The translations under genes and the position numbers were made by a program. Shown piece after piece: positions 41,220 to 54,326 of a stretch of DNA of 64,000 bases (its first letter is position 1; each line of letters starts with the position of its first letter). This stretch comes from Azolla caroliniana (lineage: Eukaryota; Plantae; Polypodiophyta). Where the stretch lies: contig JBHGNT010000006.1 of NCBI GenBank assembly GCA_043228905.1, positions 20,832,001 through 20,896,000 of the forward strand, read 5' to 3'. The notes beneath the pieces were generated by a model that saw only the letters and a program-made list of their open reading frames with translations, did not search any database and was not told the origin of the DNA.

Positions 41220-43286
41220 CTTCGTTGATTCTTCGACTTCCATCTGAGCAGGTTGGATCGATCCACCGGGCTTCATGTTTGTTTCACCAATCTCTTTTCT
41301 TGGGATAGGTTGGGGTGGCCCTTCTTTCCCTCCGTTCCTCGTGTTAGGTTGCTTTGATGTGCCATCTTCTTCACCGGTTCTCTTCCTCTTCTCTTCGACA
41401 AGGGCTTCATAGGTGTCACACACAACCTCCGCAAAGCTTGTGTTTTCGTCGATTGGATCTGACCATCCGGTTGCTCGTCGCACGTTTCGGTCAGCAAGTT
41501 TTAGATCCTCCGAATTAATTTTGCCTTTTTCTTCGCACTCGAAGACCATTGGCCAAAACCCAGCTCCTGGCTTGATCATTTTAAGATTCTCTTTTCCAAC
41601 TCGTATCCCAGCCGAAGCGGCATAGTGCATAGCCTCCACATGCCTTGCATCTTCTTCTTCTACAATCTTTTTCAGCCCACCTCTTCCGAAGCTCACTCGT
41701 AGTGGCTTCCGGGTCTCGCTTGAGTGAATCATGTTGCCGTCCAAATAGACGACATTCTTGTGGATCGCATCTTGCAAGTCCGCACATTCCCTTCGTGAGT
41801 GTTCAAAGCTATCGCACCACACACATCTATACGCTTCTTTTCCCTTGGGCCCGCGCCGACCTAAGTTGGCTAGCGATACCGCTTCAAACTTCTTGGAGAG
41901 CTCTTCGATTATAGACTCCTCCATTGCTTTCTTGTCGAAATTGTTGATCGGCTTACTAGGCTCAATCATCGTAGGTGCCTTCTTCCACAATTGTGGATTC
42001 TCGACCTCAGCTTCCTCTTGCCATTGTCGCCGCGTATCAAAACGGTTGCAAGCCTTCTTCACCGCCGCCCAGTCCGCTACCAAACCATTTGGTTGTGTTT
42101 CATCCTCCAAGAAACTACCCAATTCTCGCCGATCTTTCGCATCCATTGCCTTTAGGAATAGTAAGACTTTATCTCCGTCGAGAACTCGTTGCTCAACACT
42201 CGGAAGTTGGTTGTACTTCTGGTCGAATTCGGCATAAATTCCCGATGCACACAAATTCTTCCCTTTCTTCTCGATCCAATTCATTAACGTATGCCGAGTC
42301 ATCCGCGATGCGTCTTCAAGCATGTATTCAGTGAGAAGAGCCCTTTCGAACTCCGCCCAAGTTGCATGCTCGTTTTGGATCTCCATCACGCGCTCACGGA
42401 TCCCGGGTTCTACCACACGCTTAAAGCTTGAAATTTGTTTTCGATCATGGACATCTCTTCGTTGCATCTCATTCCGGTAGGTAGCAAGGAAATTTGTGAT
42501 GTTCTTCCCACCGAATCTTCCAACTGTCTCCACAGTTCGGTCAACAGCTTTGTCGACTAAAGCCTCACGATCTCTCTCTTTCAGCATGAATTCGACGACG
42601 GACACCATGCCTTTCGTCAATTCTTCTCCTTGAGTTCCACTTGTCGAAGCCATCTTCGTACTTGATATCCTCCTACTGCCTCGTTTCACGTCGGGTTCAA
42701 CAAAGATGTCGTGAAAATACGACGAGGATACGTGAACGTTGAGGCAAGACCCCGGGGCCTTTGTCTAGAGGATATCAAATTCGTGTATTTATATACTAAG
42801 AATTAACCGAAATGAGAAAGATTAACAAATTTCATTAATAAAAGGGAAAGAAAGATTACAATCAATCCCAAGATTGGGATTACAAAAGTTTTATCTTATG
42901 GAGATGATTAGAATAATAGATTAGAGGAAATAAGAGATTATGATTCTTGAGTGATATTGTTGAGCGGCAAGCTCAACCGGAGCCGGATCGGCTGAATAAG
43001 CCAGCGCCGGTAAGCGAGACGAATCGGGCGAAACGGATCGGTATGACGGTGAGCAACCGAACTAGCAAGCAGTGGAGGCCGGGTGCAATCCGTAACCGGC
43101 AGTCCAATCGGAAGCCTAGAATAGGATAGACTACTAGGTATCTATAGTCTCGTAGTAAGTGTTAGATGCTCGTGTGAGCATTGAAGTACATGGTACTTCT
43201 GTCAGTCCCAAGAGGACTTGTATAAATAGTGCTACTTAGCACAGTGTGTAAGTAGAGTCTTGATATAATTTTGAAATTACGTTCTG

Positions 43287-43329
<43 letters not shown>

Positions 43330-43463
43330 GTTCTCTGGTTTACGCTTCCGCAAACACTCACGTTTACATGGTATCAGAGCGCGAGGGATGAGAACCTCTG
43401 ATGCAGACATTTAACTCTTGAGAAGAAAACCCTAACAGGTCGAAAACAGACACAGTAGAAGAC

Positions 43464-46274
43464 ATGGATAGAGGAATGGTTACGTCGCTCCCGGTGGAGA
43501 AGCTCGACAGGACCAACTACGCATCCTGGTCTTACAAGATGCACCAGTACCTGCTTGGACACGGGTACTGGATTTATGTCGAAGGAGCGAATGATGCGGC
43601 ACCCGACTCGGCACACAAGGACTTCCCGGTATGGGAACAGGCGGCAAGCAGGGTGATGTACTGCTTCGCGTCTAGTGTCGGCGATCAGCTGCTCAGCCAC
43701 ATCCGTGACGCCAAGACACCGAAGGATGCTTGGGGGAACCTGAAAAAGGTTTTCGCCGCAAGCACCACTGCCCGGAAGCTACAACTCAGACAGGAGTTGA
43801 GCAATGTTCGACAGAAGAACATGTCCGTGGCAGACTACATGGGCCGGATAAAGGAGATCTGCGACTCGCTCGCCTCTATCAATGTTACCGTAGAGGAAGA
43901 CGAGATGGTCCAGGTATGTCTCGGAGGCCTGGCGTCCAAGTTCGGAGCGTTCCGGACTGCAGTGTGCACAAGGGAGAATACCCCCTCATTCTTCGACTTA
44001 CAGTCGATGCTCCTTGTAGAGGAGAACCACGCCGGTGCATCTACCAGTGCATCCCCGGACAGCCGGATGTTGTACACGGGAACGGATCGGCACTATGGGC
44101 GTGGTGGAAGAGGTGGGTCGGCACGCAATGGAGGCGGCCGGCAAGAGCAGGAACGGAGGCACTGTGAGTGTGCCGACAGCAATTCCGGGACTTCCACAAG
44201 CAGGGGGAGTCAAGGCAGTGCCAGAGGCCGGCAAGACAAATCCGCTACGGAATGCTGGTACTGTGGGAAAAAAGGCCACAGGGAAAGCGAGTGTTGGAGA
44301 AAGCGTGTCGATTCGGACAAATCCGGATCCGGCAAGACCGGTAAGGATGGCCGGCAAAACTCGCACTACGCAAACGGATCAGGAGGATCCGGAATCGGAA
44401 ATGCCGGTAAGGGGCCAGCCTTGGTGATGAATCACAAGGCAAACTCAATGAAGAAGACCACTTCCAAAATGGAGGAAGTGTGGTATGTTGATTCCGGCGC
44501 GTCGACCCACATGACGAGCCACAAAGAGTGGTTCTCCTTTCTGGAGAAACCGGATCAACCAGGAGTAGTCGAAACCGGAGACGACACTCCACACCCAATC
44601 GTGCATGTCGGAGAAGTCCCTCTAAGCCACGTCAGACAGAAAGGGAAGCTGATGAACGTATTACACGTTCCGACGATCACGAAGAACCTGGTGTCCGTCG
44701 GTCAGATTGTCGACCAAGGGATGCAGGTGCGGTTTACGCACCTCGGGTGCTTCATTGAAGATGAGGGCGAAGTCATTGCACAAGGGCGCAGAGACGGGAG
44801 GATGTTTATCCTCAACACCAATGACATTGGCACCGCTCTGTTCGCGAAACGACAGAAGGTCGAGTCGGACATCGACCTATGGCACAAGCGGATAGGCCAC
44901 ATCAACTACCGAAGGCTTCAAGACCTGCAAACGAAACAAGTCGTTTTCGGTTTGCCAAAGTTCAGCGGCCGGAGAGCCGAAATTTGTGAAGCCTGCCAAC
45001 TTGGGAAGCAACACCGGCTTCCATTCCCCACCGAACGGAACCGGAGCCGTAACAAGCTCAATCTCATCCATTCGGATGTGTGGGGACCGGCACAAAGTGT
45101 AAGCCTTGGCGGGAGCCGGTACTTCGTCTCCTTCATCGACGACTATACTCGACATACTTGGATCTACCTCATTGAGCGGAAGAGCGAAGTCTTCGACTGT
45201 TTCCGGAGCCTCCAGAAGATGGTGGAACGGGAATCGGAGAGGAAGATCAAATGCCTTCGGTCGGATGGCGGAAAGGAATATTTTTCCGGCCAATTCACTA
45301 GTTATCTACAGCAGAAGGGAATTCGGCGAGAGTTCAGCTGCAGATACACACCGGAGATAAACGGTGTGGCCGAAAGGAAGAACCGGACACTCGTCGAGGC
45401 GGCAAGGACAATTCTGGAGGAGAAGAGCATGCCCCGGTTCTACTGGGCAGAGGCGGTCCAGACGGCTGTCTACATACAAAACCGCATTGGTGACAAGGTG
45501 TCAGCTCATGAGCTGTATTTCGGGCGCAAGCCGAACTTAAGACACCTTCGGATATTCGGCAGCCTAGTGTATGTGCATGTGTCGGATCAGAAGCGGAGGA
45601 AGCTAGATACAAAATCGGAAAAATGCATCCTAGTCGGCTATGCTCAAGAGCAAAAGGGGTATAAGTGCTATAACCCCCGGACGAAGGAAGCCCGAGTTAG
45701 CTGTGATGTCGAGTTCGATGAATCGGCATCTTGGTACTCCGTACCGACTCCGACTTCCGATCCCGACCGAATGCCGGAAGATCAGGCCAGTGAGCCTGAA
45801 TCAACCTTGGAAGAGGATGATGAAGCCGAGACTCAAGATGAGAGTCCGGAATCGTTGCGGTTGAGTGGACCGAACGAGCGACTGAGTCGGTTGGACCAGT
45901 CAGATGAAGAGACGGCAAGTGGTGGAGACTCTGCCGTGCTCTCCCCGCGCAAGGAACCAAGGAAACGGTTCACGCGCAAAGAGAAGGGGAAGAGGAAGAT
46001 GCCGGAATTCGAAACCGGCAACGATGAGTCGGATCAGTGCGTATCCGACTCCGGAAAGGAGAAAGGCAGATCTTCGGCAACGAAGACCGAACTGGCCAAG
46101 AAGGGCCTCAAATCAGGTGGCGGTGCGTTGCCCCGATCAACCCGTCAGAAGGATCCCGTCGTGCGGTACGGGTACAATGAATACGTGGCGCATCATTATG
46201 CGTACATGACTAAGGTGACAGAAGTGCGCGAGCCGGAGAGCTACGCAGAAGCAGCAAAGGACGCAAATTGGCGT
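43464..46274 (+). CDS. Copia gag-protease-integrase polyprotein (open up to the A2 insertion)
   Basis: CWYCGKKGHRESEC, WYVDSGASTH, LWHKRIGH...CEACQLGK, LIHSDVWGP, LRSDGGKEY, NGVAERKNRT. Confidence 0.9.
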
Positions 46275-49200
46275 TGTCGAGGTTTTCCTCGTGGATGCGT
46301 GGAATGAGGCGGGACCTCGGGGGTCCTATACCGAAGAGCAAGAGAGAAAGGAGAAGAGACCCACTACGTGCGAGAGTAGATTCACAGGGACACGGCCCTT
46401 CGACACAAAGACGCGAGTGGGACAGCGACACAGAGAGACACGAACGTATGTATGTATTACCAAAGACAAACAACACAACACGGAGTCGGTTACAACCAAG
46501 CAGGCCGGCGAACAGATGCCGATACCTGTTCGTAAACGCACAAAAAGGAAGGAGTAGGTTGGAGGTGCTGCCGGAAGCACTTGGGCATTCCTCAGAGCAG
46601 CGCGAGCCTCCCGAAACCTGCACAGAAGGAAGCTATGGCGTTTGCGAACCAAAGAGAGAGAGAGAGAGAGAGAAGCCTTCGCCCACGAACCGACAGCACT
46701 TCGTCCTCCACTCTCTGCGATCCCCCTTTACCCCTCCTCGTCTCCCTCCTTTTTTAGGCAAGGAAGGGGCCGTTTCCCCTTTACTTCCTACCTACCGAGT
46801 CTGCCTGCCTAGGATCTCCTATGTACAACATAAGGCGTACGTGCATAAGGAGCCGGTTCCTACGCTCCGGTGCACCGATTCCTCTTGTGGACGGTTTTCT
46901 TCACGACATCCGCCCCCACCTAACCGCGCATCCACCGGCATGCGCCAAATTGAGTTGGGACGGACAAAACCGGTCCAGCCTTTATTCCCCGCCCGTCGGT
47001 TCTTCTTCGGTTTCGGATCGTTCGTCGTCCCGGTCCAGGTTATCCGGATCTGGCTCGTCGTCGTGATGCTTCTTGAACGCTTTGATCCGCTTCCCAGCTA
47101 TTGGTATCGCCATTCTCGTGCCGTCGAGTTCCGCCAGATGGTACGTCCGGTTGTCGTTGGCGCTTTGTACCACGTAAGGCACGAACCACCTTCTTGCGAA
47201 CTTCCGTGTCGCTCGGTGCTGGTTGTCGAGGTTGTTGTTGTAGACTAGCACCCACTCGCCTTCCTCGATCTTCTTCGGTCAGAGCCGGTGCGTCCGGTCA
47301 AACCGGGCTTTGTTCCTCGTCCTGGCCACCCGAAGCCTTTCCGCAGCCTGCTCCACGTCCTCCGATCTTCGCTCGAGCTGTCGTATGCGCGCCATCAACA
47401 GTTCCTCCTTGCTCATCTCGTCTCTCCAGTCCACGGTTGCCCATGAGGAGATCGTACGTTCCATCGGCATGATCGGCTCTGCCGGCATGAATCCGGTTAC
47501 CGAATTGTGCGTAGTTCGGTCAACCCACAACGCGTAAGGCAGCAGCCGCGGCCAGTTCCCGACTTGGCCCCCGCATGCCCAAACTAACGCCTTGACGATC
47601 AGTCTGTGTCCGCGCTCCACCTTCCCATTCGCCTCCGGATTGTACGCAGTGGTAAGCGAGAGCTTGACTCCTAGCCGGTCGAACAGCTCCTCGGCCTCTT
47701 CGGCGTCCAACTCCCCGCGGTCAGCCACGATCTTCTCGATGCACCTGTACCGGCATATCACATCCTCAATCAGGAACCGACATACGGCCGCGGTCGTTTT
47801 GTTCTGAAGGGCTCGGCCTTCCACCTGGTTCGTCAGATCTTCCCGAGCCAGGACCAGATACCGCATCTATCCTACGCCCATTGGCATCGTCACCAGATCT
47901 ACCATCCATTTGAAGTGGACGGTCGGAGGGTACGTAGGGTGAAGCTCGTCCCGATGCCAAACTATGGAGTGCATCTAGCAGCTCTCGCAAGTTGTCACGA
48001 ACCGATGCACGTCCCGGTATAGTCCCGGCCACCAGTACTTCCCCTTTATCTTCTCGAACGTGGCCCACGTTCCACGGTGACCAGCCCAAGGGCTGTCGTG
48101 GTAAGCCGTCAGTAGCTCCTCCTGTTCTTCCTTCATCGCCACCACCCGGAGCAGGACGTCGTTCCTCTTCTTCGGGTGCTTCCACAAGTATTCGTCCCGG
48201 AGAAAGAATCGGTAAGCTTTCTTCCGGATCCGGTTGGCCTCGTCCTTCGTCCATGGCACATCCGGCGTCATTGTCCTCAAAAATCCACCGATCTGGAGCC
48301 ACTCGCCGTCGTACTTGCTCTCATCGAAGTCGTTAAGTGCCGGAGTACTCGTCCCATCGGTCGTCACGTACGCCGCCTCGAAGAAGTCCACACCGACTTC
48401 TTCGTCCTCCAAAACCATGCCGCCCTCGTCATCAAACCTCGCCCTCGAAAGCATGTCAGCCATGGCGTTGTCCTTTCCAGAAATGTGCCGTATTTCCAGG
48501 TCCAGGGACTTGATGTACGCTATCCACCTGAGCATCGCCAGGTCCGGTGTCGCGCATCCGGAAACCATGCCGAGAATTGGCAGGCAATCCATCTCGATAA
48601 TCACTTCCGTCCCGATCAGGTAGTCTTTGTTGGCCTTTACTGCCGAAACGATACCCCAGAGTTCGCGTTTAACCTGGGCGTACCCTCGCTATCGTTCACT
48701 GAGGACCTTCGCGCCGAATCGGATCGAGAACCGAATGTCGTCCCCGTCTTCTTGGTTGACGACCCATCCGATCCCGGTCGGACTCGTATCCACTGTTATG
48801 TATACCGGAGTACCCTTCTCGTAGACAGCGTTCTGGAGCGCCAGTGCTGCCGCAAGAGCTCCCTTCAGCTTCCGGACCGACTCCGTGTGCTCGTCTCGCC
48901 ACTCGAAATTTCGCACTTTCTTCAGCAACCCATATAGTGGCTCCGCAACGTGGGCGTAATGCGGGATCCATATGTGGTAGAATGCGCATGCCCCCAGGAA
49001 CCTCCGAACTTCCGTAATCAAGCTACAGTCGGTCTTCATCGCGGAGATGGCTTCTACCTTTGCCGGAGACGGCTTCCGGCCATATGGTCCACATAGGTGT
49101 CCGACCACCAAGATTTCCGATTGCCCGAAGGCCGATTTCTCCCCGGAGAAGGTGAGCCTCGCATCCTCTAGCCTTTGTAGCACTTTCTCGCAGTCGTCGA

Positions 49201-52200
49201 TGTGTGTTGCAACGAATCGCCGGCATCCGTCCGGTCCGAGTGTTGCGTCATTCTCTTCTACCGGGCACCCCTTTATCGGAATGTCGTCTAGAAATGGCAT
49301 GGTGATGTCCGGGATGCAATCCCTCAGTACCTTGTTCATTGCATTCACCATGTGGGCCACCGAGTTGGTCCCTCCTTGTGGCAGGGTACACATTCGCACT
49401 AGGCCGAGGGGAGTTCGCATCGTCGTAATGTCTCTGCTCTCCACGGCTAGCTGGAATTGGTCGTACCCCGAGTACAGATCACCGACCGAGTAAATCAACC
49501 TTCGGGCGAAAGCCTCCGCGAACTCGTCTATGGTCGGTCCAATCCCTGCGTTCCGAATGGTCACTCTGTTGACCGGCTGCAGGTCTTGAATGAAGCGCAA
49601 TGTTCCGTTTTTCTTTGGTACGATAAACCATCGGTTCGAGTATGGCGCGCTCGACGGTTCGAGAATACCCATATCGACTTTCTGCCTCAATAGCTCCATC
49701 AACTCCGGGATGTGAGCTCTTGGTACTGGAATCGGCTTGAGATTCCACGGCACATGTGGTACCGTGAATATCACCATCGGTTCCATGATTGTCGGGTCTA
49801 CGCACCCGATCTCTTCCGGCGAAAATGCGAAGGCTTTCCTGTGCCTTCCGAGCATTCTCCAAAACTGGTCTTCCTCCGCCGGCAGTAGGAACCCGCCCCC
49901 ACCGATCTTGAGCTCCCGGGGCGTCCCGTCGGTGAAGGTGTGTCCTATGCAGGCCGGATCTCGTAAACTGGGGTCCAACGCAACCCCTCTGATTCGGGAC
50001 TCGCTGCCCTCCGGCAAGGGTGCCGCGACTAGCCTTACCTTCCGGTCCAGAGTCTTGTACTTCGTGCTAACTCGGGCCGTCCGATCCGACCCGAGCCCCC
50101 GACTGAAGTTCGCGATGGCTTCGTACATCTCTTCGGAACATACCGGTATCGTCCGGTCTTCGCTAAGGTCTTCTCCGGCTACCTTCCTCAGCATTCCCAA
50201 GGTGTCGTCGAAGGAGACCGCCTCCACGGCTCCGCTGATTTCCTCGTCCGGGCCGAAGAACTCCGCACGCTCGAAGTCGCACTTCCGCCCTTGTCCTTTC
50301 TCGGCCGACGATGCCGACTACCATACACCCTCCGTTGTTGGAGAAGCAAAATTTCCTACCTATCGTACAGTCGTGGGGTCTTTTCCGAGTGTCCGGGCTG
50401 TCTCGGCCCCACGCCTTGGCAGCCCTCTCTAGAAATCCTCCCGGTTCTCACCACCGAGGGACTCGCGGTTTCGCTCGTGATTCGGTCGCACCGTCAGAAA
50501 TTGGACCGAATGGCGCCCGTCCTGGCTTTTGACCCTCACATAGGCCGAACCGTTGTCCAGCACCTTGGTCTCCATTCGCGCCGCCGTGATGTATGGTTCC
50601 CCTAATATGACCGGGTGCGAGGACGTCTCCTGTACGAAGAAGTGCTGGTCAATCTCGACGTCGTCGATCTTGACTCGCACGTTCGGGCAAGCCCCGTGCA
50701 GTTGCTCGGTGGCGTGCGTCGCCGCCCGTATCTTGCACCCGTGCTTGGTGTTGATCGGCCACTTTCCCTTCCTATAGAAGTCCATGGACATTAGGTTTAT
50801 TTCCGAACCGTGGTCCACCAATGCCACCACCGGTTCCTGAACATCTCCGATCTTTACCGGGGTCTCCGTGGTCGCTCGGGCCCAGTGTGGCCTCGAATAG
50901 TGGCTCTCCGCCCACTCATCTGCCAGCGCCGAGTCGTCGATGTGCGTCGTCCGCACCTCTACCGGTCTTTCCGGTTCCGTCTCCGTCGACAGCCTCTTCC
51001 GTTTCACCAAGTCTACAATGGAGTCGTGGAACTCCTTCTTGGTAATCCCTAGCATCTCCCGCAATGACAGCTCCACTTTGCTGTCGAGGATCCGTTCTTC
51101 TAGGACCTTTCGTAGGTCCGTAGTCCTTTCTATTTCCGTCCCCAATCGGTATCCGCCCTTCCTGGGGTTATCTTGCGAGCTGGACCCACCGGCATCGTTC
51201 CGTCGTTGCCCGAATCGGGTCTCGTACCGTTGTGAGGGCCCGGCCGCTCCGGCTTTCCCCACCCGTTTGTCTTCAACCAAAGTTTCGTAGTTCCGGCAGG
51301 CGGCTTCTACAAAGCCCGTCTTCTCCTCGACCGGATCGCTCCACCCGGTTATTTCCCGGACCCGTCTCTCAGCGCGGTCTGTTTCATCTTTCCTTAGCCG
51401 TGCACCGGCAAGACCTTCCAGCATTGCCGACCAGAATCCGTCTTTGCCCTCCTTTCGGGCCTCGCTGCCCCCGACCCGAATGCCGACCGACGCCGAGTAG
51501 TGGATGGCCTCCACGTGTCGGGCCGCTGCCTCATCCATCAGTCTCTTCATTCCTCCTCGCCCGTCGTTTCGGTTCAGGGCCCTCCTGGTGTCGCCGGCGT
51601 GCACCCGGCCTTCCCAAAGGTACACCACCCGGTTCCTCAACGCTTCTGCGAAATCGCCGCAGTCCTTCCGGATGTGGCCGACCTCGTCGCACCACATGCA
51701 CCTGTTCCCTGCTGCCGGCCGTCGATCACAAGCCGGTTCGCCGCCTTCCCTTCGAGTCTGGGCGATCTGGAGATCCTTTATCGCCCACGTCAACTCCTCC
51801 AGCGCTACTCCTCCGGACGAGCCATTGACCATGCCGGTCGAAGCCGGACCGGTTTCGAGCCATTCCCGGGTTTCTTCCCTTCGCACTTGCGGTGCAGGTT
51901 CAAGCCTCCTTGCTGTGACAAAGCCCGCACCGGTTGCCCCGTTGTCAGCCCATTCTCGCCGTTTATCAAAACGGCCACAGACTCTTTTAACCGCGACCCA
52001 GTCGGTTGTCAGCCCGTCCTCGGTTTCCAGCAAGGCGCCGACTTGGTCCCGGTCCCGCTCGTCCACCGACTTGACGAATAGTAGGACGCGGCTCGTATCC
52101 AGAACGGTTCGGTCAAGCGCCGAAAGGTGTGCAAAGCGTTCTTCGAACTCGCGGAGGAGTGCCGTCGCGTTTCTTCCCTTGTCGAGGAAGTCCACCCATT

Positions 52201-52972
52201 CCATGAAGTCCCGTTTCGAAAGCCGGAGCGCGTCGTCCAGCCCGTATTTTTCTAGGAGTCGGCCTTCGAACTCCTCCCAGGTACGGCTCTCCGCCCGCAC
52301 CTCGAGCACCTCCGCATGGATGCTCGGCATCGCCACTCGAGGAAACCCGGCAAGACGCCTCTCTTCCGGAATGTCCCGCATCAGCATTTCTGCCCCGTAG
52401 GATGCCAAATACTTCGTGGCATCCTTTCTGCTGAACTGGCCAATCGTACCGACAACCGCCTCAATGGCTCTGTCGAGGGCGCCGGTGCCCTCGCGTGCAC
52501 TCAATATCCGATCCACGGCCGAAGCCATGGCCTCTGCAAGAGCCGACCCTTTCATCTTCTGCTCTTCTGCCGCCTCCTTCACATCGGGTTCACCAAAGAT
52601 GTCGAGGTTTTCCTCGCGGATGCGTGGAATGAGTCGGGACCTCGGGGGTCCTGTACCGAAGAGCAAGAGAGAAAGGAGAAGAGACCCACTACGTGCGAGA
52701 GTAGATTCACAGGGACACGGCCCTTCGACACAAAGACGCGAGTGGGATAGCGACACAGAGAGACACGAATGTATGTATGTATTACCAAAGACAAACAACA
52801 CAACACGGAGTCGGTTACAACCGAACAGGCCGGCGAACAAATGCTGATACCTGTTCGTAAATGCATAGAAAGGAAGGAGTAGGTTGGAGGTGCTGCCGGA
52901 AGCACTTGGGCATTCCTCAGAGCAGCGGGAGCCTCTCGAAACCTGCACAGAAGAAAGCTATGGCGTTTGCGA

Positions 52973-53020
<48 letters not shown>

Positions 53021-53253
53021 CCTTCGCCCACGAACCGACAGCACTTCGTCCTCCACTCTCTGCGATCCCCCTTTGCCCCTCCTCGTCTCCCTCCTTTTTT
53101 AGGCAAGGAAGGAGCCGTTTCCCCTTTACTTCCTACCTACCGAATTTGCCTGCCTAGGATCTCCTATGTACAACATAAGGCGTACGTGCATAAGGAGCCG
53201 GTTCCTACGCTCCGGTGCACCGATTCCTCTTGTGGACGGTTTTCTTCACGACA
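46275..53253 (-). mobile_element. Full-length Ty3/gypsy element A2 (tRNA-Trp PBS, 4-bp TSD GCGT)
   Basis: LTRs 46275-46908 and 52600-53253; PBS 52578-52595; gag-protease to the stop at 50429 (LVDHGSEINL); RT 48689-50227; RNase H and integrase frameshifted to 46982. The host reading NWRAAM is restored on removal. Confidence 0.95.
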
Positions 53254-54326
53254 GCGTGCCGCTATGGACGAAGAAATGCGGGCACTCGATGCCAACAAAA
53301 CTTGGGACCTAGTTGCTCCTCCCCGTCACTGTAAACCGATCGGATGCAAGTGGGTGTACAAGGTCAAGTATAACGCCGATGGTTCTGTTAACCGGTATAA
53401 AGCCCGGTTAGTGGCGAAGGGATACGCGCAAACCCACAGAATCGACTACGACGAGACCTTCACTCCTGTGGCGAAGATGACGACGGTTCGTGTGGTACTG
53501 GCGGTTTCTGCGGCAAGGGGGTGGCATCTTCACCAGATGGATGTGAAGAACGCCTTCCTTCAAGGAGAGCTTGAAGAAGAAGTCTTTATGACTCAGCCCC
53601 CCGGATTTCAATCGAAGATGAACAAATCGGCGGTATGCCAACTGAAGAAGTCTTTATGACTCAGCCCCCCGAGCTTGGAACGCGAAGATCACGCACCGGT
53701 TGCGTAAGCTGGGGTTTGCATTCTCTAAGTCGGACTCTTCGTTGTTCATCCGGCAAGGCTCTAACGGTCCGGTATATATACTCTTGTATGTGGATGATTT
53801 AGTCATCACCGGACCAGGTCTTCCCGAAATCAACCGCGTCAAGTCCCAGTTGTCAGACGCATTCGAAATGAAGGACCTGGGGGACCTTCATTATTTTCTT
53901 GGGATCGAAGTGATCCGGACCCCCGACGGCATATTGCTCTCACAACGACATTACGTGTTGAATATGCTATATAAGTTCGGCATGAAGGATTGCCGACCTG
54001 TCTCCACACCCCTGGACCGGAACCAGAAGCTCCGTCCCAACTCCGGACCGGCCTGCAATGAGAAACGGTTCCGATAGGTTGTCGGAAGCCTGATCTACTT
54101 AACCATCATTCGACCCGACATTAGCTATCCGGTCGGCATGGTAAGTCAGTTCATGCAGAAGCCAACCGTGGAGCACCTTCAGTGCGCGCAACGAATATTA
54201 CGATATGTCAGCGGCACTAAAGACCGGGGTCTGCTATACCAGCGAGGTATACCCGAAGAGCTTGTCGGTTACACAGATGCTAACTAGGCCAGCGATGCGT
54301 CTGATCGCCGCTCCACTTCCGGATAC

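Larger units (their letters stand above)
36863..42957 (-). mobile_element. Ty3/gypsy element B (tRNA-Trp PBS), internally rearranged
   Basis: 3' LTR 36863-38243; partial 5' LTR 42707-42957 nearly identical to it; PBS 42685-42702; gag 41220-42689 (CVWCDSFEHSRREC); integrase C-terminus 38311-38797 (WFGPY). Confidence 0.9.

Noticed and set aside
40554-41224. CTTCG on both sides of the family-E LTR fragment as a TSD
   Set aside because: The left boundary is not an LTR terminus and the two flanks come from different elements (copia RT and gypsy gag). A deletion junction with a chance match is more likely.
17013-52400. Numerous antisense ORFs over gypsy and copia coding regions
   Set aside because: Shadow ORFs expected from GC-rich codon usage, with no independent motifs.
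52580-52948. N-terminal extension of the 839-aa gag ORF through the LTR and PBS
   Set aside because: It has a non-ATG start inside the LTR and reads through the PBS. Gag more plausibly starts just downstream of the PBS.
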